From NCBI RefSeq assembly GCF_044704955.1, contig NC_091986.1:38316001-38380000 (forward strand): a stretch of DNA of 64,000 bases, given 5' to 3'. This stretch comes from Pristiophorus japonicus (Eukaryota). The position numbers and the translations under genes are program-made. Numbering within the stretch: the first letter of the stretch is position 1; every line of letters starts with the position of its first letter. This document shows positions 49,345 through 61,151 of the stretch, piece after piece. The notes below the pieces were generated by a model. That model had not been told where the DNA came from, did no database searches, and saw only the letters and a program-made list of their open reading frames with translations.

Positions 49345-51005
49345 TACAATCTTACAGCACAGAAGGAGGCCACTCAGCTCAGCGTGCCTGTGCCAGCTCT
49401 TTGAAAGAGTGATCCAATTAGTCCCACTCCTCCGGCACTGTCCCCATCGCTCTGCAAATTTTACCACTTCAAGTATATATCCAATTCCCTTTTGAAATTT
49501 ACAATTAAATCTGCTCCCACCTCCCTTTCAGGCAGTACTTTCCAGATTGTAACAACTCGCTGCAACTCACTGCAACTCGCTATCATTAAGGAAGAAATAG
49601 CGGGACATCTAGATAGGAATAATGCAATCAAGCAGACGCAACATGGATTCATGGAGGGGAAATCATATTTAACTAACTTACTGGAATTCTTTGAGGATAT
49701 AACGAGCATGGTGGATAGAGGTGTACCGATGGATGTGGTGTATTTCGATTTCCAAAAGGCATTCGATAAGGTGCCACACAAAAGGTTACTGCAGAATATA
49801 AAGGTACGTGGAGTCAGAGGAAATGTATTAGCATGGATAGAGAATTGGCTGGCTAACAGAAAGCAGAGAGTCGGGATAAATGGGTCCTTTTCGGGTTGAA
49901 AATTGGTGGTTAGTGGTATGCCACAGGGATCGGTGCTGGGACCACAACTGGTTACAATATACATAGGTGACCTGGAAGAGGGGACAGAGTGTAGTGTAAC
50001 AAAATTTGCAGATGACACAAAGATTCGTGGGAAAGCGGGTTGTGTAGAGGACACAGAGAGGCTGCAAAGAGATTTAGATAGGTTAAGCGAATGGGCTGAG
50101 GTTTGGCAGATGGAATGCAATGTCGGAAAATGTGATTACATCCACCTTGGGAAAAAAAACAGTAAAAGGGAATATTATTTGAATGGGGAGAAATTACAAC
50201 ATACTGCGGTGCAGAGGGACCTGGGGGTCCTTATGCATGAATCCTAAAAAGTTAGTTTGCAGGTGCAGCAGATAATCGGGAAGGTGAATGGAATGTTGGC
50301 CTTCATTTCGAGAGAGATGGAGTACAAAAGCAGGGAGGTCCTGCTGCAACTGTACAGGGTATTGATGAGGCTGCACCTGGAGTACTGCGTGCAGTTTTGG
50401 TCATCTTACTTAAGGAAGGATATATTAGCTTTGGAGGGGGTACAGAGACGATTCACTAGGCTGATTCCGGAGATGAGGGGGCTACCTTATGGTGATAGAT
50501 TGAGTAGACTGGGTCTTTACTCGTTGGAGTTCAGAAGGATGAGGGGTGATCTTATAGAAACATTTAAAATAATGAAAGGGATAGACAAGATAGAGGCAGA
50601 GAGGTTGTTTCCACTGGTCAGGGAGACTAGAACTAGGGGGCACAGCCTCAAAATACGGGGGAGCCAATTTAAAACCGAGTTGAGAAGGAATTTCTTCTCC
50701 CAGAGGGTTATGAATCTGTGGAATTTTCTGCCCAAGGAAGCAGTTGAGGCTAGCTCATTGAATGTATTCAAATCACAGATAGATAGATTTTTAACCAATA
50801 AGGGAATTAAGGGTTATGGGGAGCGGGCGGATAAGTGGAGCTGAGTCCACGGCCAGATCAGCCATGATCTTTTTGAATGGCGGAGCAGGCTCAAGGGGCT
50901 AGATGGCCTACTCCTGTTCCTAATTCTTATGTTCTTATGTTCTTATTAAACAATTTCTCCTCATCTCCACTCTGGTTCTTCTGCAAAGTATCTTAAATCT
51001 GTGTC
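49345..51005 (-). mobile_element. Older CR1 3' fragment (49345-49552 plus 50946-51005) split by a young CR1
   Basis: Minus strand QRVVTIWKVLPEREVGADLIVNFKRELDIYLK, plus UTR. Confidence 0.7.
49580..50945 (+). mobile_element. 5'-truncated young CR1 ((TTCTTATG)n family)
   Basis: ORFs 49492-50844 are nearly identical to 9686-10968; tail ttcttatgttcttatgttctta. Confidence 0.95.
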
Positions 51006-51463
51006 TAACTTGCACCAAGTCCCGCTCACCCATCACCCCTGTGCTCGCTGACCTACATTGGCTCCTGGTTAAGCAACGCCTTGATTTCAAAATTCTCATC
51101 CATGTTTTCAAATCCCTCCATGGCCTCGCCCGCCTCCCTATCTCTGTAATCTCCTCAACCACCACAACCCCCTGAGATATCTGCACTCCGCTAATTCTGC
51201 CCTCTTGAGCATCCCTGATTATAATTGCTCAACCATTGGTGGCTGTGCCTTCTGTTGCCTAGGCCCTAAGCTCTGGAATTCCCTGCTTAAACCTCTCCAC
51301 CTCTCTACCTCTCTTTCCTCCTTTAAGACGGCCCTTGAAACCTAACTCTTTGACCAAACTTTTGGTCACCGGCTCTAATTTCTACTTATGCAGCTCGGTG
51401 TCAAATTTTTTGTCTCATAATACTCCTGTGAAGCGTCTTGGGACGTGTCACTATGTTAAAGGC
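51005..51463 (+). mobile_element. L2-type LINE 3' fragment
   Basis: PITPVLADLHWLLVKQRLDFKILIHVFKSLHGLA and GGCAFCCLGPKLWNSL. Confidence 0.85.
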
Positions 51464-52880
51464 AGCTCGACTTTCCACTTCACATCGGTATCGCCTAAAA
51501 AGGCCTGCTATCACCCATTTTGACTCAAAAGTGGAAAGTTGGGTCAGCACATCACTGGAAAATTGCTGTCACAACTTTCAGCTCACATCGCCGAGGTGAT
51601 CGCTGAGGTGATCGTCCACACATCGTCTGGCCCAACTTTCGGCACATCGCCAGGCTGATCACTCACCGAGAACATCGCTGGAGAATAGTTGCTTTTCCCT
51701 AGCCTTCCTCAGAGAGCTCGGCACTACGGACGCCATTTTGAACGTCGCAGGAAGAGAGGAGGCTGCTTAAACAGGGGCTTAGATAGTTTGCAAATTATTT
51801 AAGGACCTTTTAAAAATAGATCCACTCACAATTAGACGTTTTATTACATTTATATTAATAAGTGATGTTTCCTGGCCATTGTTTTACAACAGTTGCATTC
51901 ATGTTCTACTAAAACTTATGTTATTAGGAGACACTGCATAACAATTGTAATGTGAAAGAAAATTGTTTTAATAAAATAACAGCTCTTGAACATTATTTTT
52001 AAATAACAAACCCAACAACACCGTCCCAACCACCGACCCCGCCCCCCCACCCCACTCACAGTGAAACAACAATAAAAACACCAACAATAAACAATGTAAG
52101 CAATATGTACAATATAAAAAAGATTGTACCCCTCTCCCTACCTGCGGCCATGTTTCCCTCGAGATCCTGGACCCCCCCATCTCCTTACCTCCCCCACCCA
52201 TTTTGGTCTCTGGGTACTGCTACGAAGCTGGTGTGCAGTGGGCAATGGCAAGACTTCCTGCCCTGGTGGGGGATGTGGTGGCATGATCGCCTGTTGCGGG
52301 GCTGTTGGCGGGGAAGACAAAATAGGGGGATCGCCTTCCGAGTCAGGAGGTGGTGCTTCCTCCGGACCTGCCTGTGTGCCGGTGCTTGTGGTCACGGGAC
52401 CTTGGGGTGCAGCGCCGTGTACCGCCAAGAACGCATGCCGGATGGCATGGGAGGAGGCGGAGATTCCACGCAACTCCAGGATCATCTGCTGCATTGGCTA
52501 GCAGATATCCAGAAGAATTCCTCCGTGAACCCCACAAACACCTGGAACTGCTCGCAATTGATTGCGACAGACTCCTCGCACAGTCGTGTCAGGCTCTCTA
52601 CGCGATCATCCAGGGTAGCCCTTTGCTCAAGCCGCTGACCCGGCCTCCGTGGAAATCAACATCGTGGCTGCAGGTTCAACAGACAGAGCGATGCAAGGGG
52701 CATCCTCCTCTGTCTCCAAGTATTCCTCCTCCTCTGGCTCAGTGGTCTCCTCTCCCCCCTCCCCCCCCACTCCACACTCTCCACCCCCCCATTCCCGAGC
52801 CTGGGATAGTTAATATTGGGTCCCATGTCTCCTTTTTAAAAACATCTAAAGTATCACAATAAATTTGTATCTTGAAAAGA
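51464..52880. mobile_element. Probable Harbinger-like DNA element remnant with a Pro-rich ORF fragment on the minus strand
   Basis: Abrupt GC-rich start cagctcgactttccac cuts the L2 tail; minus ORF 52138-52494 is low-complexity and Pro-rich with a basic end. Confidence 0.35.
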
Positions 52881-53444
52881 CTAATCACACTATTGAACCC
52901 CAAATGCTAAAAAAAAATGAGTGCTCAAGGTGGCAGCTTGTGTTAACTTTATCCCTCCTTTGTATTAAAAAAACAGCTTGAATGAGAAATATCGATCTAT
53001 AAATTTCTATTTTTTTAAGTACTAATGTAACAGTCTGAATTATGTGCACAATGCAAATGGCACAGTAAGTATGCCATACCATCATAGTATGGGGTATGAT
53101 GGTCAAAACAGCAATAGCAGAACTAATATTTCAAAAGCATTGATGTATACTGCATTTCATTTGCTAGAATTAGAACACAATAGCATATCAAGCATAGTTT
53201 AAGATATAATAGCATTCATTATACATTCAGTAAACTGAGAAAAATATACCTGTTTCACTTTGCAGTGAATCGTATGATTGCATAGTCCAGCAATGATACA
53301 GATGACGCAGTGGAGTGTGATCCTCTATTGCTAATGTCACTCTTGGCTCTTTGCAATTGTCCTTCAGCAACAAAGGTAAGAACTGTCAAGCCGTAAGAAA
53401 TATAATCGCGGTGTGCTTTTTTTGTTAACAAAATACAATGAAGT

Positions 53445-53700
53445 ACCCCTACTCGCTCAGCAGAAACCTGGCTGGTTGGGCAGTTAAAATCACTCTGGCT
53501 CTTAACTGTCCGAAATCCGCCATGATCGCAAAACTGCAATTTTAACCTGCTCTCCTGAGCAGGCAGCAAGGACACGTGCCCGGAGCCAACAGGGTCCTTC
53601 TTTACATATGCATGTTGTGGCCCGATGACATAACTGAGACCTGACTGTAATTTTAACTCGGGCCTGAGCGGGGAATCCACCTGGAGTTAAAATCGGGGCC
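53445..53700. mobile_element. Family M4 fragment
   Basis: Similar to 38992-39230; ends gttaaaatcggggcc. Confidence 0.45.
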
Positions 53701-54833
53701 GTCATGTAGCCAAAACATCATGAGGTCACATTGCCGAATGTCCCAATTATTTTAAAATCCCATGGGAACCCTGGCTATTTGATAAAGAGCTGATGAGATC
53801 ACATTTGCCTCTATCCAGATAAAATGACTTTATCAGATTTTGATGGTCCTATGTAAAACAACAACTATTGGCCTGGCAAACTATCATCAGAAGCTAATGA
53901 AATGCAGACACTGGAGAACTTCATCCTTGTTTTCAGAAAGGGTACCAGGCACATTCAATTTAATTACATCTTGTAACTCCAGTCCCAATGCCCCATCGTC
54001 TACTTGAGGAGTTCCACAAGATAAAGGCTTCAGGCAATTTAAACAATTAAATAAAATCTAGCTTTTCTTTGAAGGGATTATGTTTGCATCAACGGAGTAG
54101 AATTTAAAATTAAATAAGACATATTTGCCTTATTGCTGAGCCTATAAATGATTGTTTGTGCTGAAAGTGTATAAACACTTAATATAATTGTTATCACGCC
54201 CCTTTACTGTTTTAGCAGAGATGTTAATCCATGTATTTTACAAATTCATTAGTGTATTAATATCACAAACAGTAATTTCTGGCTTTGGAGCTATTAATGA
54301 ATTATCGATTTTTATAATTAATCATATGAAGCATTATGCTAGCATAAACATGAACACAATCCGATTATTAATTCCATTGTGATCGTTTCAAAGCCCTCTT
54401 CCACCTTCTGAAGACTGCAGTCTAACACCAACATATCGCTAACTTAATTACAAATGCGCTTCATTCATTCATTGAATGAATATTTCGTGTCAGACATATA
54501 GTAAAAAATGTTTTCCACATATAATATTAAATCATCATCCAATTTTCTTCTCTGAAATTAGTAACTGGCTCAAGGGTTTAATTATATTGAGTCAGTTGCC
54601 CTCCATTCATGGGCACAAGTGGGCATTTATCACATGTGACCCTTGACCAGGCTCTACGCACTGGGTCCTGTACCCTACTCGGAGTGGACCCTGCTCCATC
54701 TACCTCTTCCCAGGCCCAGCGTCCACTAACAGAAACAATTTACCAGAAATGTAGATGACTGAAATCCATCACCTTGGAATGTTTGAGTGTCCTAAGAGAA
54801 TTCACTCTTCAAGAACGCCAGCTGGGCTATGAC

Positions 54834-55292
54834 AAAAGAAAGAAAGACTTGCATTTATATAGCGCCTTTCACGACCACCGGATGTCTCAAAGCGCTTGAT
54901 AGCCAATTAAGTACTTTTTGGACTGTAGTCACTGCTGTAATGTAGGAAACACGGCAGCCAATTTGTACACAGCAAGTTCCCGCAAACAGCAATGTGATAA
55001 TGACCAGAAAATCTGTTTTTGTTATATTGATTGAGGTATAAATATTGGCCAGGATACCAGGGATAATACACTGCTCTTCTTCAAAATAGTGCCAAGGGAT
55101 CGCTTACGTCCAGCTGAGAGAGCAGACGGGGCTTCGGTTTAACGTCTCATCTGAAAACAGCACGTCCGACAGTGCAGCACTCCCTCAGCACTGCAGTGGG
55201 AGGGGCAGCTGAGATTTTTTGTGCTTAAGTCTCTGGAGTGGGACTTGAACACACAATCTTCAGACCCAGAGGCAAGAGTGCTACCCACTGAG
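54834..55292 (-). mobile_element. Deu-type tRNA SINE
   Basis: Full-length match to 39616-40083. Confidence 0.85.
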
Positions 55293-55740
55293 ACATGCTT
55301 GTCACTGCTATCCCAGAGAAGGATGGACTATCTTTATTCACAACACTCAACACATTCATGTAATTTTGTGCAACCGACTTCCTCCAATGCAAGCAAGCCT
55401 ACCTTTGTTCATTCATCTTCTATGCCTTGGCCTCCATTTATTTCAATCACTGACAAGTAAAGCAATGGCAGTCTCTTGTGGGACTGTCCTTTCACCATGA
55501 TATACTACAAAAAAAATGACAATAGTGTATTTACCTTCAAGGAATATCAGCCAGAAACAGAGTTCGGACTACAAAAATACTCAAGATAAAGACCTTTATA
55601 TGTGCATTCACAGTCAAAATCATCGCACCAGCAGATATAGCATATGATTTATGAGGAATATGTAGAATGACAGTAGGACTTAAAAGATAAAATTAACCTA
55701 TTACAATCAGATGTTGTGCTAGACCCATTATATAGTCAAT

Positions 55741-56479
55741 GGTCAAAAAATTTGCTTCCTTTGCACCTCCCGTTAGCGCCTCGGGGGTGGGGGGGGGCGA
55801 TAACGGGGCACTAATGAGTTACTGACCGGACGTGGCAAAAGAAACGACTCCTGCTAAATTCCCCGTGAGGGTTGCGACAGTGGTAACCTCTAGCGCCACG
55901 ATCTCCTGCGCTCAGTGATCGCGACGTCATCATCCCGCGCGTTGACCCGGACCCGAACTTCGATTCCGCCCCCTGCAGCATCAACAGGTGACAACACTGA
56001 CAGCTGCAGGAGGCCTTGTTAGGGAGGCCGGCCACTTGGGGAGCGCTTTGTAAAGGGGATGTGAATTGCAGGTGGGAGGTGGGGGGGTGGAGGGGGGTGG
56101 GGGGAATTTTTTCATGATGCCTGACTCACACTTTTTGTGATTTTCTTGGGACACGATGAATCAGCCCTGCACTCTGTTCGAGTGCTTGGGCCTGATCGTG
56201 GTGGATCATGGTAGCGGTCGGCGATGAGGACGTCGGCTTCATGCAAAGTCTGCAGCAATGGCCCTTCCCTTTAAGGGAGGGAAGGAGCCTCCATACATCC
56301 GCAGTGCTGCCCTCGACATTACACCACTGCCGGCTTTAGCGCTCCAAGGGAAGTGGTAGTATCTGATTTAGTGCTCCACTTCCTTCCTACATCTGAATCC
56401 CTCATGTAGCACCCGATGATACTATTGTGCTACCGCAAAAGTTATCACCCCAAACGGGACGCGACGCAATTTCTCCCCC
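55741..56479 (-). mobile_element. Harbinger-like MITE family M2
   Basis: ggtcaaaaaattt ... gcaatttctccccc with AAT/AAT TSD; reverse paralogue of 30758-31492. Confidence 0.7.
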
Positions 56480-56719
56480 AATATGTTTTTATCATGTCCA
56501 TGCTCTAGATTTTAGTTAACCCTTTAAAAATTATTAACAGAAGGAATATTTGGATTGAAAATGCAAATGATTAACAATCAATAACGGGTCCATCTCAATC
56601 AAAGATATATGTGGACTAGTAAATATATTCTGAAATAGAAAATCATCAGACAGAAGCAACACGAAGATTGGAACAGAATAACTAAAAGCTAACTTTGGTT
56701 ATAAATCAGATTCATTACT

Positions 56720-57042
56720 CCCGATCTCTGTAATCTCCTCCAGCCCCACAACCCTCCAAGATCTCTACAATTCTGGCCTCTTGCGCATCCCCTGATTTTA
56801 ATCACTCCATCATTGGTGGCCGTGTCTTCAGCTGCCGAGGACCCAAGCTCTGGAATTCCGTCTTTAAACCTCTGTGTCTCTTTTCTCCTTTAAGGCGCTC
56901 CCTAAAACCTACATCTGGGCCCTTTTATCACCTTACTTGGCTTGGTATCAAATTTTGTTTGATAACACCCCTGTGAAGTATCTTGGGACGTTTTATTGTG
57001 TTAAAGGTGCTATATAAAAGCAAGTTGTTGTTGTAGTTGTTG
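56720..57042 (+). mobile_element. L2-type LINE 3' end
   Basis: GGRVFSCRGPKLWNS and tail aaggtgctatataaaagcaagttgttgttg. Confidence 0.78.
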
Positions 57043-57202
57043 ATATCAATAAAAACCTTTGCACTAATATGATTTGGACAGAATGGAAATCTACATTAGT
57101 TCAGTTTGGTGGCAGCTTAGACAACCCCACTGTTTGCTTACGCAGTATGAATGGTACCCTTATCTTGGTAAAAGGGGTTAAAGTATAAAGTGGACAGATT
57201 CA

Positions 57203-57885
57203 CAAGAGACTTGGGTGCACAATTTAGGCTGACCATGCAGTGAAGTACTGAGGGAGTTTCCACAGCACTGTCAGAGGTGCCGTCTTTCGGATGAGATGTT
57301 AAATCCAGGCCTCGTCCAGTGGATGTAAAAGATCCCATAGCATTTTTCAAAGAAGAGCTCTCCTGGAGTCCTGGTGACCATTTGTCCCTTAACCAACATC
57401 ACCAAAAAAAAACTGATTAACTGGTCATTTATCTCAAGGACTTGAGCACAAAATTCTAGGCTGACACTCCAGTGGAGTGCTAAGGGAGTGCTACACTGTC
57501 AGAGATGCTGTCTTTCAAATGAGACGTTAAACTGAGGTCCCGTCTGCCCTCTCAAGTGGATGTAAAAGATTCCATGGCATTATTTCAAAGAAGAGCACGG
57601 GAGTTATCCCCAGTGTCCTGGCCAATATTTATCCCTCAATCAACATAACAAAAAACAGATGAGCGGGTCATTACCACGTTGCTGTTCATGGGAGCTTGTT
57701 TGTGTGCAAAATGGCTGCAGCATTTCTTACATTACAACAGTGACTACACTTTAAAGTACTTAATTGGCTGTAAAGCACTTTGAGACGTCCGGTGTTCGTG
57801 AAAGGTGCTTTAGATTTCTTTCTTTGCTTTCTTACATGATGTCCTCAGGTCATGAAAGACGCTACATAAATGCAAGTTCTTTATT
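57203..57885 (+). mobile_element. Composite of two headless Deu-SINE copies (57436-57826 nested in an older copy)
   Basis: Two bodies with gtaaaagat(c/t)cc..gaagagc and two tails. Confidence 0.75.
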
Positions 57886-58354
57886 TCCTTTTTAACTGCC
57901 CTGATATTCCTCACTCTCTGGCCAGTGTTTTCCAACCGACTTATGTCTGCACATCCTCCCACTTTATTGTTTGTCCCCCTGCCCCTATTGCTGATCTTCG
58001 CATTATCTCACTGGTGCTCACATTCTTCTGTTAATCCTTCTCTCTATCCTGTGGTCCTCTGCTGCTTGTAGACTTTCAGACTTAAGTCGAACAGATGTAC
58101 TATGTTATCCATTCCTTTACAATATGTGCTGCTGGTATTACTTGCTATTGTGTCTCTGCTAGATTATGCCATACTTGATACCTGCATGCTAAAACTGCAT
58201 TTTCTCTGTTATTCGATTTGTGCATTACGATTTGGAAAGGTGTGCTAACTCATCGATTGGAAAAAAAGTTGTTCCTGATTGATAAGTTTTCTTCTCTTCC
58301 TCATCTACATGTTGTGTCTTGGACTTGGATGTTTGAAGAGCTGGAGGAGGATAA

Positions 58355-59742
58355 CATGCAGATTCAGAAAACAATTAGGAATGTAGATGGTATGTTAGCC
58401 TTTATTGCAAGGAGATTGGAGTACAACAGTAAGGACATCTTGCTGTAATTATATAGGGTCTTGGTGAGACCACACCTGGAGTATTGTGTACAGTTTTGGT
58501 CTCCTTACTCAAGGAAGGATACACTTGCCTTAGAGTGGGTGAAACAAAGGTTAACTAGACTGAGTTCTGCGATGAGAGGGTTGGCCGATGAGGGGAGATT
58601 GTGTAAAATGGGCCGAGATTCTCTGGAAATGAAAAGATTAAGGGGTGAACTCATTGAAACATATACGGGCCAAAATTGTTCCTTCTGATAAGGCTTCTGA
58701 CCGCTGGAAAGCAGCGGCCACGGGGCAGCACAGAATGGCCGCCAACTCTCCATGGAAGAGCCACCATTTTAGAAATTGCCTTTCCTCAGGAGTGGAGTGG
58801 TGTCCGGGACCACTCCACCCGTTTTCCCGACGTGGCGTGCACGCAGCGACCCCTTACCTTCTGGCATGGACCCTCTCGTGAAATTTTCCCTTACCTGAAA
58901 TTGCCCTGTTGGAGCGGCCCCTCTTACAGGGTACGGCGCACTGCCGCGTTAGTCATGTTATTTTTTATTGTCGGCCGACTGCCAGCAGCCTGGAACTCCG
59001 TTTTGGGTGCCAGGCCGCTAGCCTGGCCGAAACCCTCGCTGGTGGCCCAGTGGACTTAACTAAAATGAATGCAGAGTTCACAGCAGCCCTCCCCTTTAAG
59101 TGAAGAGGAGAGACGATGTTACGCGCCAGCACGATGACGTCATCAGCATGGCACTGATGACTGAAAGCTGCAGACACTCCGTCCCGCCCCGCTAAGTGAT
59201 GCCCACTCCGCTCCACTTCCACTTCCATCCCCATGATGATTCACTTCTGCCCTGCTGGAAAAAAAACCCGAGGAGCTAAATTTTGCCCAATAGGCTGCCA
59301 CATACATTGTGGCGGCCAGAATACTTCAAAAATGGTAGGTATGCCCCATTTCCGGCGCAGGGCAATTTCTACCCCATAAGAGGTAGAAATTGAGAGGGCT
59401 TGACAGAGTAGATGCTGAGAGGCTGTTTCCCCTGGCTGGAGAGTCTAGAACTAGGGGGCATAGCCTCAGGATAATGGCTTGGCCAATTAGGACTGAGATG
59501 AGGAGGAATTTCTTCACTGAAAGGGTTGTGAATCTTTACCTCAGAGGGTTGTGGAGGCTCAGTCACTGAATATATTCAAGACTGAGATCGATAGATTGTT
59601 GGGCATTAAGGGAATCAAGGGATATGGGGATAAGGCAGGTAAGTGGTGTTAGTATAAAAGTTCAGCCATGAACTTATTGAATGGTGAAGCAGGCTCAAGG
59701 GTCTGTATGGCTCACTCCTGCTCCTATTTCATATGTTCTTAT
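58355..59742 (+). mobile_element. CR1 3' fragment split by a MITE
   Basis: LVRPHLEYCVQFWSP..ELIETY at 58461-58665, resuming GLDRVDAERLFP near 59397. Confidence 0.85.
58666..59375. mobile_element. Harbinger-like MITE
   Basis: TIR cgggccaaaattg ... caatttctacccc; ATA/ATA TSD defined by the interrupted CR1. Confidence 0.75.
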
Positions 59743-59744
59743 GT

Positions 59745-59850
59745 ACTGAGATAGGGAGGGATGAGGCCATGGAGGGATTTGAAAATTTGAAAACAAGGAT
59801 GAAAATTTTAAATTTAAGGTGTTGCAGCACCGCGAACCAATCTAGGTCAG
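59745..59850 (-). mobile_element. L2 internal fragment
   Basis: Reverse complement resembles 51050-51150. Confidence 0.55.
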
Positions 59851-61151
59851 AATCATTTCTTGTCTGTAAGCTGGATAGTTACATGGCGAATAGCCATGGT
59901 GGCTTTGGTGTGAGACTGCAAACCGAGCTCTGTATTTGGATAACAGAAAGATGCTAATGCTAAATGTTTTTTTTCTCCTCTAGCTATATAAAGATGGAGA
60001 GATTTACTATATTGTCAAAATAATACTGACTTGGACACTCTCAGCAAAAGCATGCCTAATATATAATTGATTTTAGGGAGCACATTTGTCTTAATGCACT
60101 CAATGTGTCCCCAAATGTCGAAGAGAAAGGTTATCGTCTGCCAGTATGTTTTCAGATATGGCTTACGATCTGTCCTATATTTTGCGCCATTGTGGAGTTA
60201 AGAACAAGATAGAAAAACACTCCTGTAGATGCTATACCCTGGGGTAATCACATCATTCATTTGCTTGCAATTTGTTCTTGTTGGTCTGAATGAACTGGAT
60301 GGCTCTCGTGTGAAATTACTTCCAAATTCCTCAGAGGGCTGCACACTTGTTAGACGTATTATTATTTACACACTGTATATGTTCTGAAAGATAGGATTGC
60401 AGTCATTGCAAATATATAGAATGACACAAAGTTGAACTCTGAACTGCAGTTGATATCTCACTAAAGCTGTTCAGTCATAGCTTAATGGCATATTGATTTA
60501 TTTCAATTTGAGGTTGGTGGGCTATTGCTGACTTAAAAAATAAACGAAGCAAGGTCCTTCTTAGCAGTGGCTATACCTGAGGTCCAATTCCAATGACTTG
60601 TTTGTGATATACTGTTTTCATTTTAATGGTATTCAGTCCATTAACCAAAGCTTTCGCAGACCATTGGAAATTCAGCTTTTGATTGGATTACTCTACATTT
60701 CCCATGGACGGAGATTTCTAAAAATCTTGCACAACATTGTACAACTTTGCCAGGAGAAATGCTGAAATTATCAGCAACGTCATTGTAAAATAGTGACTTG
60801 AAAAGAAATGGTGCAAAACATTTTCATAGCACTCTGACTTTGTCTTATTGGAAGATCACCCATGTTGGAATTGGTGAGATTTTGTTGTTTCTTCACTAAA
60901 AATAACAGGAACACTACTGGACAATAACATTTATTGCAGTCTGTGTGGCACTTCATTGAGCGAAACAATCTTTCTTCTGTTTTCAATGGCCGAAAACAAT
61001 TTGTGTGGGGTGTAAATCACTGTTACCCCTGAGCTCTACAGATTAAAGCAAAATGGTAGGTAAAAATTGGATGGGATGGTTCAAGCCAAGAGGGAAGAGG
61101 GATGGAACAGCTCACCCATTGAGAATTTTCAACTTCAGCAGAAACACTTAT

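Noticed and set aside
52105-52862. Overlapping plus-strand ORFs as real genes
   Set aside because: They are GC-rich low-complexity frames with no domains and are better explained as antisense to a TE remnant.
55535-55570. 34-nt minus-strand micro-exon (ttttgtAG...GAAG|GTAAAT)
   Set aside because: The peptide is unrecognisable, there are no partner exons, and such sites are expected by chance.
59965-60070. Strong splice acceptor followed by a short open frame
   Set aside because: The frame ends after about 28 codons, with no convincing donor and no recognisable protein.
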